This document shows positions 14,998 to 29,378 of a stretch of DNA of 64,000 bases, one piece after another. The position numbers and the translations under genes were made by a program. Origin of the DNA: Tubulanus polymorphus (lineage: Eukaryota; Animalia; Nemertea). The first letter of the stretch is position 1; each line of letters begins with the position of its first letter. The stretch covers positions 3,318,485-3,382,484 of the forward strand of contig NC_134027.1 in assembly GCF_964204645.1 (NCBI RefSeq), read 5' to 3'. The notes under the pieces are model-generated. The model saw only the letters and a list, made by a program, of their open reading frames with translations. It was not told where the DNA came from and did not search any database.

Positions 14998-16275
14998 ATG
15001 CTGCATCAAATTTATGGAAGTTTACGACAAGTGAGACTTGGTTTTATGGTGTGTCGGCAGTTTTCCAAGATGAAACATCCAGGTACATAGTTTAACTGCT
15101 TTAATTAAACCCATTTGTGTTGGATTAACCTCCTAAATCATATAGTCATTTATCTCACCGAGATATTACCCGGCCTCGCTTGCCAGTGGTGGTTTCCGAC
15201 CCCTAAACTGTGTATTCCTTATTTTCTGATGCTTCATCACGATATGCGGCTGTCATATTCCATGATTTTGATCTCCATAGATTAGCATGTATGATGAAAT
15301 ATTTAGTTTTCGTTTTTACAGCCATGTCAACAAACATCGAAGTGTTTAAGAGATCGAAGAATAAGAGCGTTCAGTCTGGAGTAAACAGCAGCAGAGACGA
15401 AAATAGATTATACGCTAAATATTTTCATACGCTATCAAAACGAAATGAAATCTTAGCACCTGCTCAACAAGTTTCCACAGGAAATGCATTTGTATCAGAC
15501 TCCTCATCAAAACAAAACTTTGACGATACAAATAATAACCTTTCACTTTATCAACGATTTAAAATGGCGTATAAAAAACATGGAAAGACTTTGATAGCAG
15601 TTCATGTAGCGACGTCTTGTGTGTGGTATAGCGCTTTCTATTACACTGTACAAAGGTAAGGAGTTCAGGTTTACAACATGCCAGTGATGGTGTCCAACTC
15701 CCTACCATTATATATTTCAAATTCGCCACTCCTGAATTTTCTGCATAGTCATATGAGTTCTAGTTTTACAACCGACTCTTTATAATCAAATCCATAAACT
15801 TATTATCCTTACTTCTCATCAACCTTGGCTATTTTCTAATCAAATTGAAAATGTCATTTCCTTCTCCGATTACAATTTTTGTTTTAAACCATGTCTAATT
15901 TTATGTTAAGTGCAAAGATTGATAGCATTGATGAATTCGCTCCAATCCTAAATCATAATTCTCTCTGTTTTCAGTGGTGTCGATGTAGTATCCTGGTTGG
16001 AGCATATGGGAGCTAGCGATACAATATTAAAACCTTTTAAAGTTGCTGGACTCGGCGATTTTGCCGTCGCCTATTTAATGTATAAACTGGCGACGCCGGC
16101 GCGTTACACAGTGACACTCGGTGGAACTAATCTGGCTATTAAATCATTGAAGAAACGAGGATACATCGAACAAGTATCGCAAGAAGATAAAATTCGATCA
16201 TTAATGAAAGAAAGTCGAGAAGTTTTAAAAGAAAAGAAAGATGATTGGAAAGAGAAAATTCAAAAACAAAAATAA
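14998..16275 (+). CDS. FAM210A: FAM210A-like mitochondrial DUF1279 membrane protein
   Basis: Exons 14998-15082, 15322-15655, 15975-16275; Arg-rich presequence-like N-terminus; YQRFKMAYKKHGKTLIAVH and AYLMYKLATPARYTVTLGGT (FAM210A-type motif); coiled-coil tail. Confidence 0.88.
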
Positions 16276-17405
16276 TAACATCAATTAGGGAAGAATGTTT
16301 TTAAAAGTTCACAATGAGTAATATTTTTACAAGTGTGTATGCATGTTTATAATCCTAGATGTTCTGTAACTACCAGTCAATTCATATCATAATTGTTCAA
16401 TGAAATTTAAATGGATATTCTTATTTATCGCAGCCTGAAAACATGATTAGATTACACTTGTATGTGGATAATTCTGTAGTGTGTTTATTATTGTAGGGAA
16501 TCTGTTGAATGCTTGTATTTTTGCTCATGTTGAGCAAGTTTTCAGTTAATAAAATTAAAAATATTCAAACAAAAATGTCTATCATTTGATCAGTTTGATA
16601 CAGGTTTCAATATTTTCATATATCTTCAGCTGCTGAAGTGTGTATTACTGATGAAAAGATAACTTGCACGTACTGAAAGTTTGAAAATCCTCTGAGGGAA
16701 TGATTTACAATTGCTGGAAGCTAATCATTTCGGACACATTTTTCTGGTTAGAAGCTACATTGAATTATTCAGTTTTTTTAATAAAAATTTGGCATACTCG
16801 TAAATCTTGAAATCTGTGGAGACTTCAGTGACAAAAATACAAAAGATAACTCCATATGTTGTAGTAATATAGATTAACATTTTTCAAAGAAATTAATATT
16901 CCACAGTAGTTCTTTTCTTGGTCCCAAAATAAAAATCAGTTAAAAGCGACAGTCATTATTCTAATTGTGGTTAGTGTATATTAGAAAAGAAAAATAATCC
17001 CCAATCATTTCTTGTAGATGTTGATAGAATTATTCCATTTACAGAAATTAATTCTCAAGTCATAGTTTTCGGAAAAATGCTGGAAATCCGACTTGTAGTT
17101 CATACTAAAATCGTAATAACAATCTATGTTTAGTAAAGAATCAAGTATTTATTATTAATACATATGGAACTTCTTAATTTCCTTTTGATCATATTTTTGA
17201 GGTAACAGAAATATCTTCATAATACCAAGAGTATTAATAATCAATGATAATTATTCAAGGTAGGATTTCAAAAAGCAGCATATAATTAAGTACCAGCAAG
17301 AGGCGCCATCATAAAATCAATATAAATATTTCATCGACGGTACACTATTTCAAAGTGAGAGCTTTAGCTAAATACAGCAGTATGTTATATCATTCTTTAG
17401 GTCGT

Positions 17406-20400
17406 CTACCAATTCAGATCATCTGCAGTAGCACTTTGACTGAAAAAAATTGAAAAAGGTGTTTTACCACACCTCATAAGGGAACACTACTGCGTCATAT
17501 AATTACCGGTACGTCGTTTAATTATTATCATGGACAGTACATGGACTTGGTGCTTACACAGTAGGCTAATCAGACATAATTTACTCTATCAACAAATCAT
17601 AAATACATATTTTTTATGTGCATGAAAAAAAGACTACAAAATTTTTAACGTCTATTACACATACTGGTAGATAACGTATATTACACATAGACCGCTATGT
17701 AGGACACGTGAAGAGAAAAGTTTTTTCTATGTAGTTCAAGATCAAGAGTCTCTTAAGCATTATTCAGAGAATGATAGAGAGAAAAGGTACTTGTCCAAAA
17801 ACTAGACAAAAATCAGTTTAACTATCTGGTTCATGTTCCAGCATACTTGTTTTTCATTTCGTTTTCTTTCTCTTTTTTCTTCTTCATTTCTATGCGTTCC
17901 TTGCTAAAATATGAATAGTTTTAGATCAAATAATTTCAAACTTGTAAAAAAGTATGTTGTATTGGAAACAAGATTTAAATCGATGGTACTATACCTGTGT
18001 ATATAATAGAGAGCTATAATCAGTATAACTAACAGAAGGAGGACACCTGCGACAATTGATACAATGATCACCCATTCTGGAATCCCATTAATACCGTTGC
18101 TTCCCTTTAAAAAAGAAGATACAGACATTATTGAGAGTATTGATGATATTCTTCACAGGCACAAGACCGATTGCATTGATCATTATCATTAGTTTTGAAC
18201 ATTAGCTTCAAATAATACCATGAATAAATACTAAATACTTACTGGTGTAGAACCTCCACCACCCCCTACACCACCGCCATTACCACCACCACCACCTACT
18301 GATGATTTTGGAGTGGTTCTTGTTGGCAAGTGAGTTGTTACAGTAGTATTATCAACCACTGGTACAATAACACTATTTGCAGGATTCACGTAAGTGGTTA
18401 GCAGAGCAGTGGTCGCTTTGCCAGTACTTGTTTTAATCGCTGTTTCAATATCAGTGGTCAGCAAAGCTTGTCTGTGAAGAAAGAAAAGGCGAATCTAACT
18501 CAAACAAAAGAAACTTTAAAATGAAACCCAATCGCATAATAATTTGTTGATAAAAACTAACGTGGTTCTGTTGTGAAAGATATAAGCCACTTGTTGCGAA
18601 CTGAGTTGATTTCCTGTGACTTGTCGCTTGCGTCTGCCAACACCATGAGACGAACGTGCCAACACGCATAATGGATTTGGATTCAAGGATTGTAATGAGA
18701 ATAGAATAACTGTCCGTGGTCGATGATTGACCATTATGTCTAATGGTGTATTCGGATGTAACGTGACCAAGGACGCATTTGTAAATTCCATAGTTGAAGG
18801 AGGTCTAAAATATGAAACATATTCATTTTCATCATACTACCAGGTAATGAAATACAAAACGTAAGAAAGACCGACACATGAACTTACTTATATGTGTTGA
18901 GACCGAGTAGATTACAACAGTAACCAACTGTATATGCACTAAAACTACAGTAGTTGTTCAATGATTGCGAAAGAATAGTGGTTAATTGTGATCTCATGGC
19001 ATTCATCTGTAATAAAAATATGTTTCAGTTTTGTATAGATCTAAATACAACTGTATACTGATAATCTTCACATGAAAACAAGAATCGTACCTTCATTGAT
19101 GTTGTGCCTTTCAAATGCAATTCCACCATGGTCTGTTTTTGGGTGTTCGTAACTGAATGAGAAAATAACAGTTAATGATATTTTTCATTGCTGTGGCTAA
19201 ACCTTAATGTGCATAATTTTCTACTATGTAATCAGTAGGTTGACCATGAATGAATATAATCGATTAATCAACTGTTAAATGAATGGAAATCAATGACTTA
19301 CGATAACAGAGTTTTCCACAGGGTTGTATTTCAATCATGTTGCCAACGCACATATTTCCGTGTCCAGCCGGTGTTGGATTTGTGCATGAACGTTGCCGCT
19401 TACGACTGCCATTACCGCATGATGATGAACAACTTGTATAGGGTGACCAAGCAGTCCATCCTCCATCACGATCTGTTCATAGGTGAACCCACAAATTAGG
19501 GATTTGGTTAAGGAATATCTACTATTCTATTATATTTCTCACAAGGTACTCACCACTGCAAATGTTATCAGGGCCTATTCGGTATCCATTTAGACATGCA
19601 CAACGGAAAGATCCAATCGTATTGATGCAAGTTCCACGACCACTGATTGTATCACATGGAGGAATAGCAGATTTACATTCATCAACGTCTTTAATAGAAA
19701 TATTATATTTTCCGTGTATTCTGACCGTGTAAGACTAGAATCAAAAACCCAGTACGAAATAAACTCACCCACGCATTTGAAGCCGGAAGCGGTATAACCA
19801 TATGGGCACAGACAAGTATCACCGGATAATAACCTGGCACACTTCTTATGTTGACATTGATTGGTATAGACAGATGAACATGTGACAATGGCTGAAATTA
19901 TAGACAGCTTGTAATACAAGAATCTAACTGTATATCTTTAAATGAAATAGAGAACCATGGTAAATCATACTTACGCGCACAAGTTTTAATGGCATTTATC
20001 ACAGGTGCCCATCCAACAGCGCAGTCACATCGGTAAGAACCATCAGTATTGATACATTGATAGTCACAGCCGCCATTGTTTGTAGCACATTCATTTATAT
20101 CTACACAAAGAGCAGTACATTTCTAGATTTGTGGCAAGTAAACCAATTAACTAACCCTTAAATGATCATAACTACTGATATTCCTTACCTATACAAGAAT
20201 GCTTATCAGGAGATAGTTTGTAACCGGGTTGACATTTACAAACATACGATCCAACTGTATTCGTACACCAGCCTCGTTTTAAGTCTTTTTCACATTTATC
20301 AGTTCTCAAGGCGCACTCATTCACATCTAAAAACAAGTCAAACTGCGTTTATCACATGTATTTACATTGTTTATACATATATCAACTTCTCAAAGCAATG

Positions 20401-23400
20401 ATAGACTTATCCAACCAGGAAAGAGCGATGAATCAACCATTTCAAAACCAAAAATGTTACTTACCTTCGCAGTAATAACCACTTCCACTGTAACCTTGAT
20501 TACACTGACATTTGAAGCCAGGTGACAGATTAACACAATGAGCGGATTGACTACAATTGACAGCCTTCGAACCAGTAAGAGCACATTCATTTATATCTGT
20601 TAATGCGTAACAAAACACTCAGTTAAAATACCTTCTCATCGATTATTCACAATCATTTTTTGTTATTACAGAAGTACATATAACAGATTGAAATCTACCT
20701 ACCCGTGCAACTTTGGGAAGTGTATTGGTAACCCGAGGGGCAAGTTGTCGTACATGTGTATGAACCAACAGTATTTTTACATCCTTCTTTCGGCGTACAC
20801 TGGTTATTTTCAAGACATTCATTTATATCTATGGTAAATATAATATGCATTTACGTGTTAATCCTAAAACCAGTGATATCTGTTTACACTAATGACCGAC
20901 AATAAAATACGAGATTAACAGCCTGTGACTGAACTAGCGATCAAGTAATCTAGGAACATAATTTTCCGGTAGGCTACTTACCAATGCAATAATTATTGCT
21001 GTATCTTCTAAAACCTGGTAAACAGACACATTTACCATTCTTACACTCAACATTATTCTTTGTAGGACAAGCAGCCGGAATACACAAAGGGGTGACTGAA
21101 TTAAGAAGAAGAATAACTTAGCCTAAATCAGTTTTATGGCTTTGTATATTTGAGAAAACACAAGTACAGTACGTTTTAAGTACATACGCGAGCAAGTTCC
21201 ATCGCCTTTCAACAAAGCATCTGGGCAAAGACATGTATCAGTATTGCCTACCCCTACTGTAGCACAATCATAATGGCAACTTTTGCTAGCAGCACAATTG
21301 TCTGAAAAATACGAAAGACTGTACCTGAATAATGTCTTTATAAAGATCACTGCACACTGAATGATTAATAGATTTTACCTTTACACGAAAAACCTTTCCT
21401 TTCCGATGATTTGCCATAGAAAAGTGTGGTACTACTAGGACAGCCGCATTGATAACGTTCAATCACTTGCGATGTTGAATACGGATCTTTATTCGTACAT
21501 GAACCATCGCTATAACAATTATCACTTTTCAAAGCACACTCATCTACATCTACAACACAGCAATATAAAAATCATGTAGTACTGCATTGAGGTTTATACA
21601 TAATAATCATTCATATGAACGCTTTACCTTTACAAGTTGTACTGCCTGGTGCGGAGAGTTCATTTCCTGGATTACATGCACAGGCAAATGATCCGTAAGT
21701 GTTGATACAGTTCTGGCTGCAGGTGTTTAATAGACCATTACATTCGTTTTTATCTAAAAGCGTATTAAACAGTACATAAAGATACAAAATCACTTATATT
21801 GTCTAAATATAACAATTATGTAAAAGACTATTATGTTATTGAAGAAATAATGGTGATTTATTAACTGTGTAAACATACCAGCACAATAAGTGCCGTTCCC
21901 TTCAAAGCCAGTCGCACACTGATTACAGGTATAAAATGGTGGAGCGATCAGATTATCTGCACACACTCCATTCGGATCACATTTGTGCTGGATCAAAGCA
22001 TCTGCACATGGAGAACCAGGACCTGAAATATATAGATTCATGAATTTATGGGAGAGGATGAAATAATAAACTACAGGTACACGACTGTTGTAATGATCTC
22101 AGACGGCACGAAAAAAGTCCGCAATGTTGAAACTGGTTGAATTCGAGCACCTCAACAAGTCTCTAAAAAGATTTTTACAAAAGCATCAAAGATTAAATAG
22201 TTAATACTGTTGGAAATGCATTCTAATACAAGGACGAGGTGATAGCACACATAAAAACTTTTGGGAGGTGAATTCTAAACTTACCATGATCTGGTATACA
22301 TTTACCAGCAAGATTTGTAGGATCTGGTTTGAAGCCATCCTTACAAGCACAGACGTAACTACCTATTGTATTGATACATACTGTGTTTATACCTCGTTTG
22401 GCGAGACAATTTGTAACTGGTGCAGTTGTGCATTCATCAATATCTACAATATAATATAGATAGGGTTCATTTTCCATTATCGTAACAAATGCCATACCGG
22501 GGAATATCTATAAGAGTCTAAACAATATAAAAAGCATCAGTTACACTACTAATAAATGCCATAATCATAACATACCATTACAAAATGTTTTGTTTGCATT
22601 AATGATAAATCCTGGTTTACATGTGCACTGATACTGGCCACCTGGTAACGACTGGCATCCTGTCGATATCAACGACGGACAGAGATTTGGCGTAAGCTGA
22701 CACTTGGGTATTTCTGAAAAAAAGGACACCGTCATTCACACGATTCTATATTTTTGGTTTTAAGAGAACACAAAGTTTACCTCATCTACCAAACGAACAC
22801 AATGGTTTCAGCAATAAAGGAGTCCACTATAAAGGCTTAATTTCACAGCCATTACATGCATATACATTTGTACTACTGATGAGCTTACCGATGCAGCTTT
22901 TCTTCGTTGAGTCAAATACATATCCATATTTACACTGACATACGATCACCGATACATTATTGGTTAGTACTCGACAGTATGCCACATTTCCACCTCCTTG
23001 ACAGTTTGCAGCTAATTCAGCTGGGTTACATGACTTGTATGTGCTAGGATTTTGAGTCACTATAATAGAATTATTTAGATTCAAAGGTTATGAGTATCGC
23101 ATATGAGCCTTTGAGATAAGTGTAGTATGTAAATTCAACTTATTTCACAACATCATTTCTGGGGTAACAAACCTGAACATGTCTTTTGATCAGCATTCAA
23201 TGTAAAGCCATTGTAACAAGCGCATCTAAATTTACCGATTCCGACATTCTGACACAGCTGTTGACATTCATTGCCATAATAGTCACACAGTTTTGAGGCT
23301 ATATGTTAGAAGTTAGAAATAGAATGATTCAACTTGTGAATTCAACTTAAGAATTCTGTTCACAATTAGATTTCATTTCAACATTTTATTCCTGTGACCA

Positions 23401-26400
23401 TCGGTAAAGTTTGATAGTTCATTTTTAACATCACCAAAGTTGATGGTAGATACCTATGCATTTTCCAGTATTTTCTTCAGTCTCGAAATAATTCATGCAC
23501 ATACATTCATACGTGCCAGGCTTGTTAACGCAGACTGTCATGTTTGAACATTTTGCCTGTCCCGTCAAACATTCATCAACATCTGAAAATGATAATGATG
23601 ATGGCATAAAGTTAGTTTTAGCAATGCTTGCCACTAAAGAAATCCCATAAAAACCTCAATACACAGGATGTGTTCACCGGACATACATACCAATACAGTT
23701 TGCAGGATTATTAATATCCTTCGTGTAACCAGGTTTACAAGTGCATTCATAACTCCCAATAGTGTTCACACATACAGTATTTGGAGTCGAACATTTACCA
23801 GGGTTTGCACACTCATCTACGTCTTAAAATGAGAAGGTAGACAAAATGTGTTACTCAGTAATTCATTTCAATAGAGTAACTGTTCAATGTTATTGTTATA
23901 CCAAAATCAATTATTGCATGGTAAAAATTATCAACTTACCAATGCAATTCCGGTGATCAGGAGCACGAAGAAAGCCAACATTACACCCACATTCATATCC
24001 TCGTACCAAATTAATACACTTCTGAGGACAAATTGTTCGATTTTTCATACACTCGTTAGGATCTGTGAACAATTATTATTATATCATATTGTTAACCTTT
24101 GGAATATCTGTAAGGCTTTTACACTATATAGAAAATGCACATCGACTGTGTCAAGATTTGTCACAAGACAGCAATTCATTGAAAGGAATGCGCTCACCAT
24201 AACAATCAATTCCATTGCCTTCAAGACCACCAGGACATTCACCACACGAAAATGAACCATTTTTCAATGGGGTACATATAACTCCTGGGAAGCAAGGTCC
24301 GCTTTGACATGGATTTCTCGGAATTTCACAGAGGTCACCTTTATACTTTGATGAACAGTCACAAATTTTAATTGGTAAAAACAAACCATCACCAAACTCC
24401 CCTTTATAACAGTTACCATTATTCTGCAAATATGATATATCAAAGTTTACTCAATTTGATATAACACCTCGAACTAAACATGTTATTTATCAAGTTTGCA
24501 GATGCTTATCATTTAGATCTAATAAGAGAGTGAAAACAACACACAAAAAATATTTTAAATACTAGTACTCACTACACATAGAGCTAGGCAAAATTTTGCC
24601 TTCGATAACTTCAATGCGACTAATTGGGTTGGTGCTGCGGCTTCAACAACAATTTCCTTTTCAGTGGTGGTTCCTTTTACCGGTGTTGCTGTGAGGTAAT
24701 CATTGCTATCGAGTGCGAATGCTCCATCAGTCGGGATTGTTTTTAAAGTAATATTACTTTTAGCAATGGATGAATAGTACGGCAGTGCTGACTTAAAGGT
24801 TTGTCCAGAAACTAACGAGATATTCAAAACGTCAGGTCCAAATAGTTTAGGTACTGGGCTTACTACAAAGTAAAAAATCAAATTTTTGTTCTGTGTACTT
24901 CAAATCTAAGTTGTCAAATATGGTTCATAGATCACGCATTACTTACTTAATCCGATTGCATTCTTCATATGAGTATAAGCAGCATCAAACATTATCACTT
25001 TTTCTTTCACATTAAAATCATAATAACATTCACTCCAAGAAACGACCGGTTGTTTATCGCATGAACACAGAGTTTTTTGATTTGATGGCAATGTGTATGG
25101 GACATAGTTCGGATTCAAGAATGATTCATAAGTGCCGGTTCCAGTGTAGTAAAATACACTTTTACATTTTGCAACCACAACTAAAATAGAGGAATACATG
25201 TTTATACCACAACCATGTTTCAAAACTAAAATGTAATAATTTGACACATCTTGTGAATCACTTCAAAATGGAACTACATTTACCCAGTATACATACAGTA
25301 TTATAAATGTTTTACTTTATCATAATATCTAACACACAGATTCTTACATGTTGAGCTTGCAGTTAAGTATCCATCATTGTGTCGGTTATTATCATTGTTT
25401 CCCAGTAATCCTAAATTTTGAAAGAGAGAAAAAGCTAGCATCATTTTTAGAAACATCATCCTTAATACCAGTACTGAACTGTTAACTAAAGAGCATTTTA
25501 CCGACTAAATTTGTGAAGTCTCCTCGTTTAAAGAGCACTTGAACATCCATAACTTTGTCTTTTACTGTGACATATATCCAAATCTTTTTACTTTGGACAG
25601 TCAATTGAATTATTTGGTTTGAGAAAATTTTGAAAGGTGCAGGAACTTGCTTTACGATGAGGAATTTATCCAAATAGTCTTCACCTGAAAAATACAGTAC
25701 ATTTGTGTGTATTGACGAATCACATACATACAATGGGTCATACTTTCATTGTCTATAAACCTATAGGACTGCATGTTAATCACTGACGATTATGAAAAGT
25801 ACAACATGTGTAGAGGGTCTATTTACACCCCATCAATACACTAATACAATTCTCATGTTGAAGCTACGGTTTAACAATATCAATGAGATCTAAGCGGTCA
25901 AAAAAACATGATGTTACCAAAGGTTCCATCTGGTTTCAGAATAATCTGAACGCCTGTATTTGAAGCTACATCTAGGACTGCTACTCCTTTGATCAATGCA
26001 CCATTTTTACCAGTAATCGGATTCGGTACAACTCTGATCTGAATCACGAATACTCCCCGGAGTTCAACCAGTTGCTGATCCCCAACTTCCTTAAAGTTAA
26101 ACCTCGCACCATCGAATGTAAGGAAATGAGTAAATCCAAATGCAAATCCTGAAAATGAAGACAATAAAAAAAGTTTTACCAATGTACCGGTATTTTGTTG
26201 AATTCAAAAATGCTAGATTTATCTAGATGAGTTAAATAAGGACGAAAAACTGGACCACATTTCTTCAATTAGTTATCGGGATCACAATCATTTACCTCTG
26301 TCATATGCAGCAGCAAGTTCACATGAGCCAGGCGGCCTCTGTTTGACAAAACTCTCGCACAAATTCTGCGATGACAATTTCTTATCTACAACACCTTGTC

Positions 26401-29378
26401 CGCAACAATGACCAAAAACTGCAGGTAACCCTACATCTTTGTTATGAGTAGAAACAGCTTTCCCGGCAAGTAGAAATGGATCACTTAATATAGTATTTCT
26501 GTAATAACAGCAGAACATCTGTTTCCAGCCTTTAAAATTGTTTACTTCATAACACTGACCATATCCACTTTTTGAAGTATTCTTCTTATACTTAGTATTA
26601 TCAATAAATACCAGCATAACTATTTCAGATTCTGTGCAAGGACAGGTTTTGATATCATTCATATCAGTTGAACTTAGTTTATTATCAAGTAAGTATTTCG
26701 AACATACAACGCCATCAGCACTCGCAGTTGTAGACATCTTCAATGACATATACATGTTACCACTTATACCACTAACTCCACCAATATCAGTTGAGGCAAG
26801 GCTTTTAATAGCTTTATTGCTGAAAGACTTCAAAGGCGTTAAGTCACTAGTTCCCATGAGGTTACCATAGAAACCTGTCTGTACCAGCATGTTTGAGATT
26901 TTGGGGTAATTCAAACTATCCCAGTCACCCATAGCTCCATCAATCATCGTCACTTTTGCCAATGTATTTGAAAAGTCTGTTGCAATCACCAATTGGAAGG
27001 ACACAGTCTGAAAATAATTCACCCACAAAATTTGCTAGATATAAAACATCTTTTTGCATCATGAATCTTATTTCAATTGAATACAATTAGCTGAAAATTA
27101 CCTCCATAGGGTTACTCTCCGAGTATGCTGACATCATACTGTGCCACTGAACAACTAACGCCCACCTAGGACTAAATGTTTTAAGCAAATTTGCTGGTGC
27201 GCTCCCAGTTATCGGTTTAAGATAATAGGCTGGCAAGCTGTTCTGAAAATCACTAGCAATAGCCTTAAAAACGGGCGATGTAACATCAGTGATAACTGAG
27301 TAAATGACTCTTGAATTATTCTTTGCCTAGAAAAAATTATAGATATATAGTATAAATACATAAACCAAGAATGGCACCATTTGATATTTCATCAAAAACA
27401 AAATGATGGTATAACATGATAACATACAGGACTTTCCTTCAGTTTAGTAAAAAAGGCAAAAATAGCAGCTACATCCCTCTCAATGTGTGGTATTCCTGCT
27501 CCTGGAAATGGTAGTACCGGGTTTGCCTCAAGTGTATTTCTAAGAACTAAAAACACAGCTCCATGTTTGGATACCTGAAATCAAAATGAAGACTAAATTG
27601 AAAAAAAGTTGAGGAATAACCAAAAAGTATTGCAAGATCATCGTAACGCATAAAAAAAATGTAGGCTACAGGCAATCAAATATCGGACTTTTAACCATAC
27701 CACAAGTGAAGGCCATCCAGTTTCCAATGCCGGATTGAAAGCTACTGGTATCCATGCGGGGGCATCAATAACTTTTGAGAAATCAGAATTTCTCGGAAGT
27801 TCGATTACAATTTCACTTGACAAATCTAGGAATACTCCATCTAAAATTAATGTCAAACATTTTCAATTAAGGGGGCTATAATAAAACATTATATTGAGTG
27901 ATATATATAATGAACGACAGGGCTATGCTGAAGATAAACAAACTTACTATAACATAACTTCAGATTGACAGGATCATGAGCTGGGAGAGGATGATAATAA
28001 TTTGGCAAACAGTTGCATTCATAGTCATTCATCTTCGCTATATATTTACATGCTACAGTTGTGTTTATGCCAGGGCCATTACAAACATTATTTGGACATC
28101 CAGGGATGCCTAAATTCAAAAAGAAACACCAGGTAAAAAGTTAATAACCATACATCTCTGATCATATTTTACCAAAAATGGCTTTTCTCTGATCATACGT
28201 ACAAGCTATCGTATCAGATTGGGGATGTACAAATCCTTTCGCACAAATACATTCATAGCCTCCAAGTGTATTGATACACTGTTTCACTCCTGATTTAAGC
28301 TGTTTAGTCAATGGGTCATGACACCTTGACATGTTTGTAGCACATTCATTTATATCTGAAATAGAACATTTGGAAAGTATATGATTGGGTAACGATGAAA
28401 ATCCTTGTTCTATCAATAAACCCTATAATGCACGCGCTAAAACATCAAGATGGTTCTCAAATAGACAAGTCAAATGTGGAAACATTAGGAAATATGAAAA
28501 AAGTATACATACCCACACAAAACTTTCGATATGGCCCCATGTTATTTGAAGCTTGATATCCCTGAGCACAAACGCATTTGTAATCACCAAATTGGTCGGT
28601 TAGTACAGCAGCAATTTGCTGGACATTTGGGTTTGGGCTTCCAGGAAAACACGGATGCCGGTTGAAGGCACTGAAATATTTGTATGGGGTGAATGCAGCT
28701 GAAAAAAAAACAAATCAAACCACATTAATCGAATATTTCAACAGATGATTATCGCCAAAACTAAATGGAAATTGAATGGTTCTGATGTTACCAGGTGCAC
28801 ATGTTTGCGGACTTGACTGGTAGTTTGTCAAAGGGCACTGGCATTTCCCAGCTAAACATGCCATCATCCTGGTTGTAAATGTTGATGGTATGAGTGTAGT
28901 ACATGTTGTTGCATCTGCTTGACAGTATTTATTACCGAGATCTAAATTCAAGAAATATTTAGCTGTAGAAATAGATAGTCATTTCAAATGTTAAATCATG
29001 ATTGGAGCTAGTGAATACAAAGTGTATAGAATTCCTGTCATAATCATTGTCACATCCTTGTTTTTAGTATCATGTTGTAACCTACACAAGCGACAGACTC
29101 CATTATCATTGAAGTAATCCGGTTGGCACTGACACATCTGCGTTTTACTGTCACAGAAGGAGTGTAATTGTGTACAATGTTGCGTCACACCTATACATTG
29201 TCCAAGAGGTTTTTCAGGTTGTCCGAGACTGCAAATGTTTACTGAAATGTTTGGTTATTAAGATGATTAATACAACATTAAGTCGTGCACTGTAATTGAT
29301 ATCAATGATGATGAATGCTTACTTACCGGGTAAAATAATGAAAACTAATAGTAGCACAATTGATGCAAGATCATCCAT
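17406..29378 (-). CDS. Large type-I membrane mucin-like protein: signal peptide - Cys/EGF modules - NIDO - AMOP-like - vWD - about 20 EGF/cbEGF - TSP1 - SEA-like region with RRKR - Thr/Gly linker - TM - short tail
   Basis: Hydrophobic leader [17 protein letters not shown]; NIDO '[11 protein letters not shown]'; AMOP-like CPCT..CCY..CC; vWD '[10 protein letters not shown]' and 'GLLGNND'; many phase-1 exons D[IV][ND]EC..C.NT.GSY.C.C; TSP1 exon 19302-19472 [31 protein letters not shown]; [26 protein letters not shown]; last exon ends DDLNW*. Confidence 0.85.
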
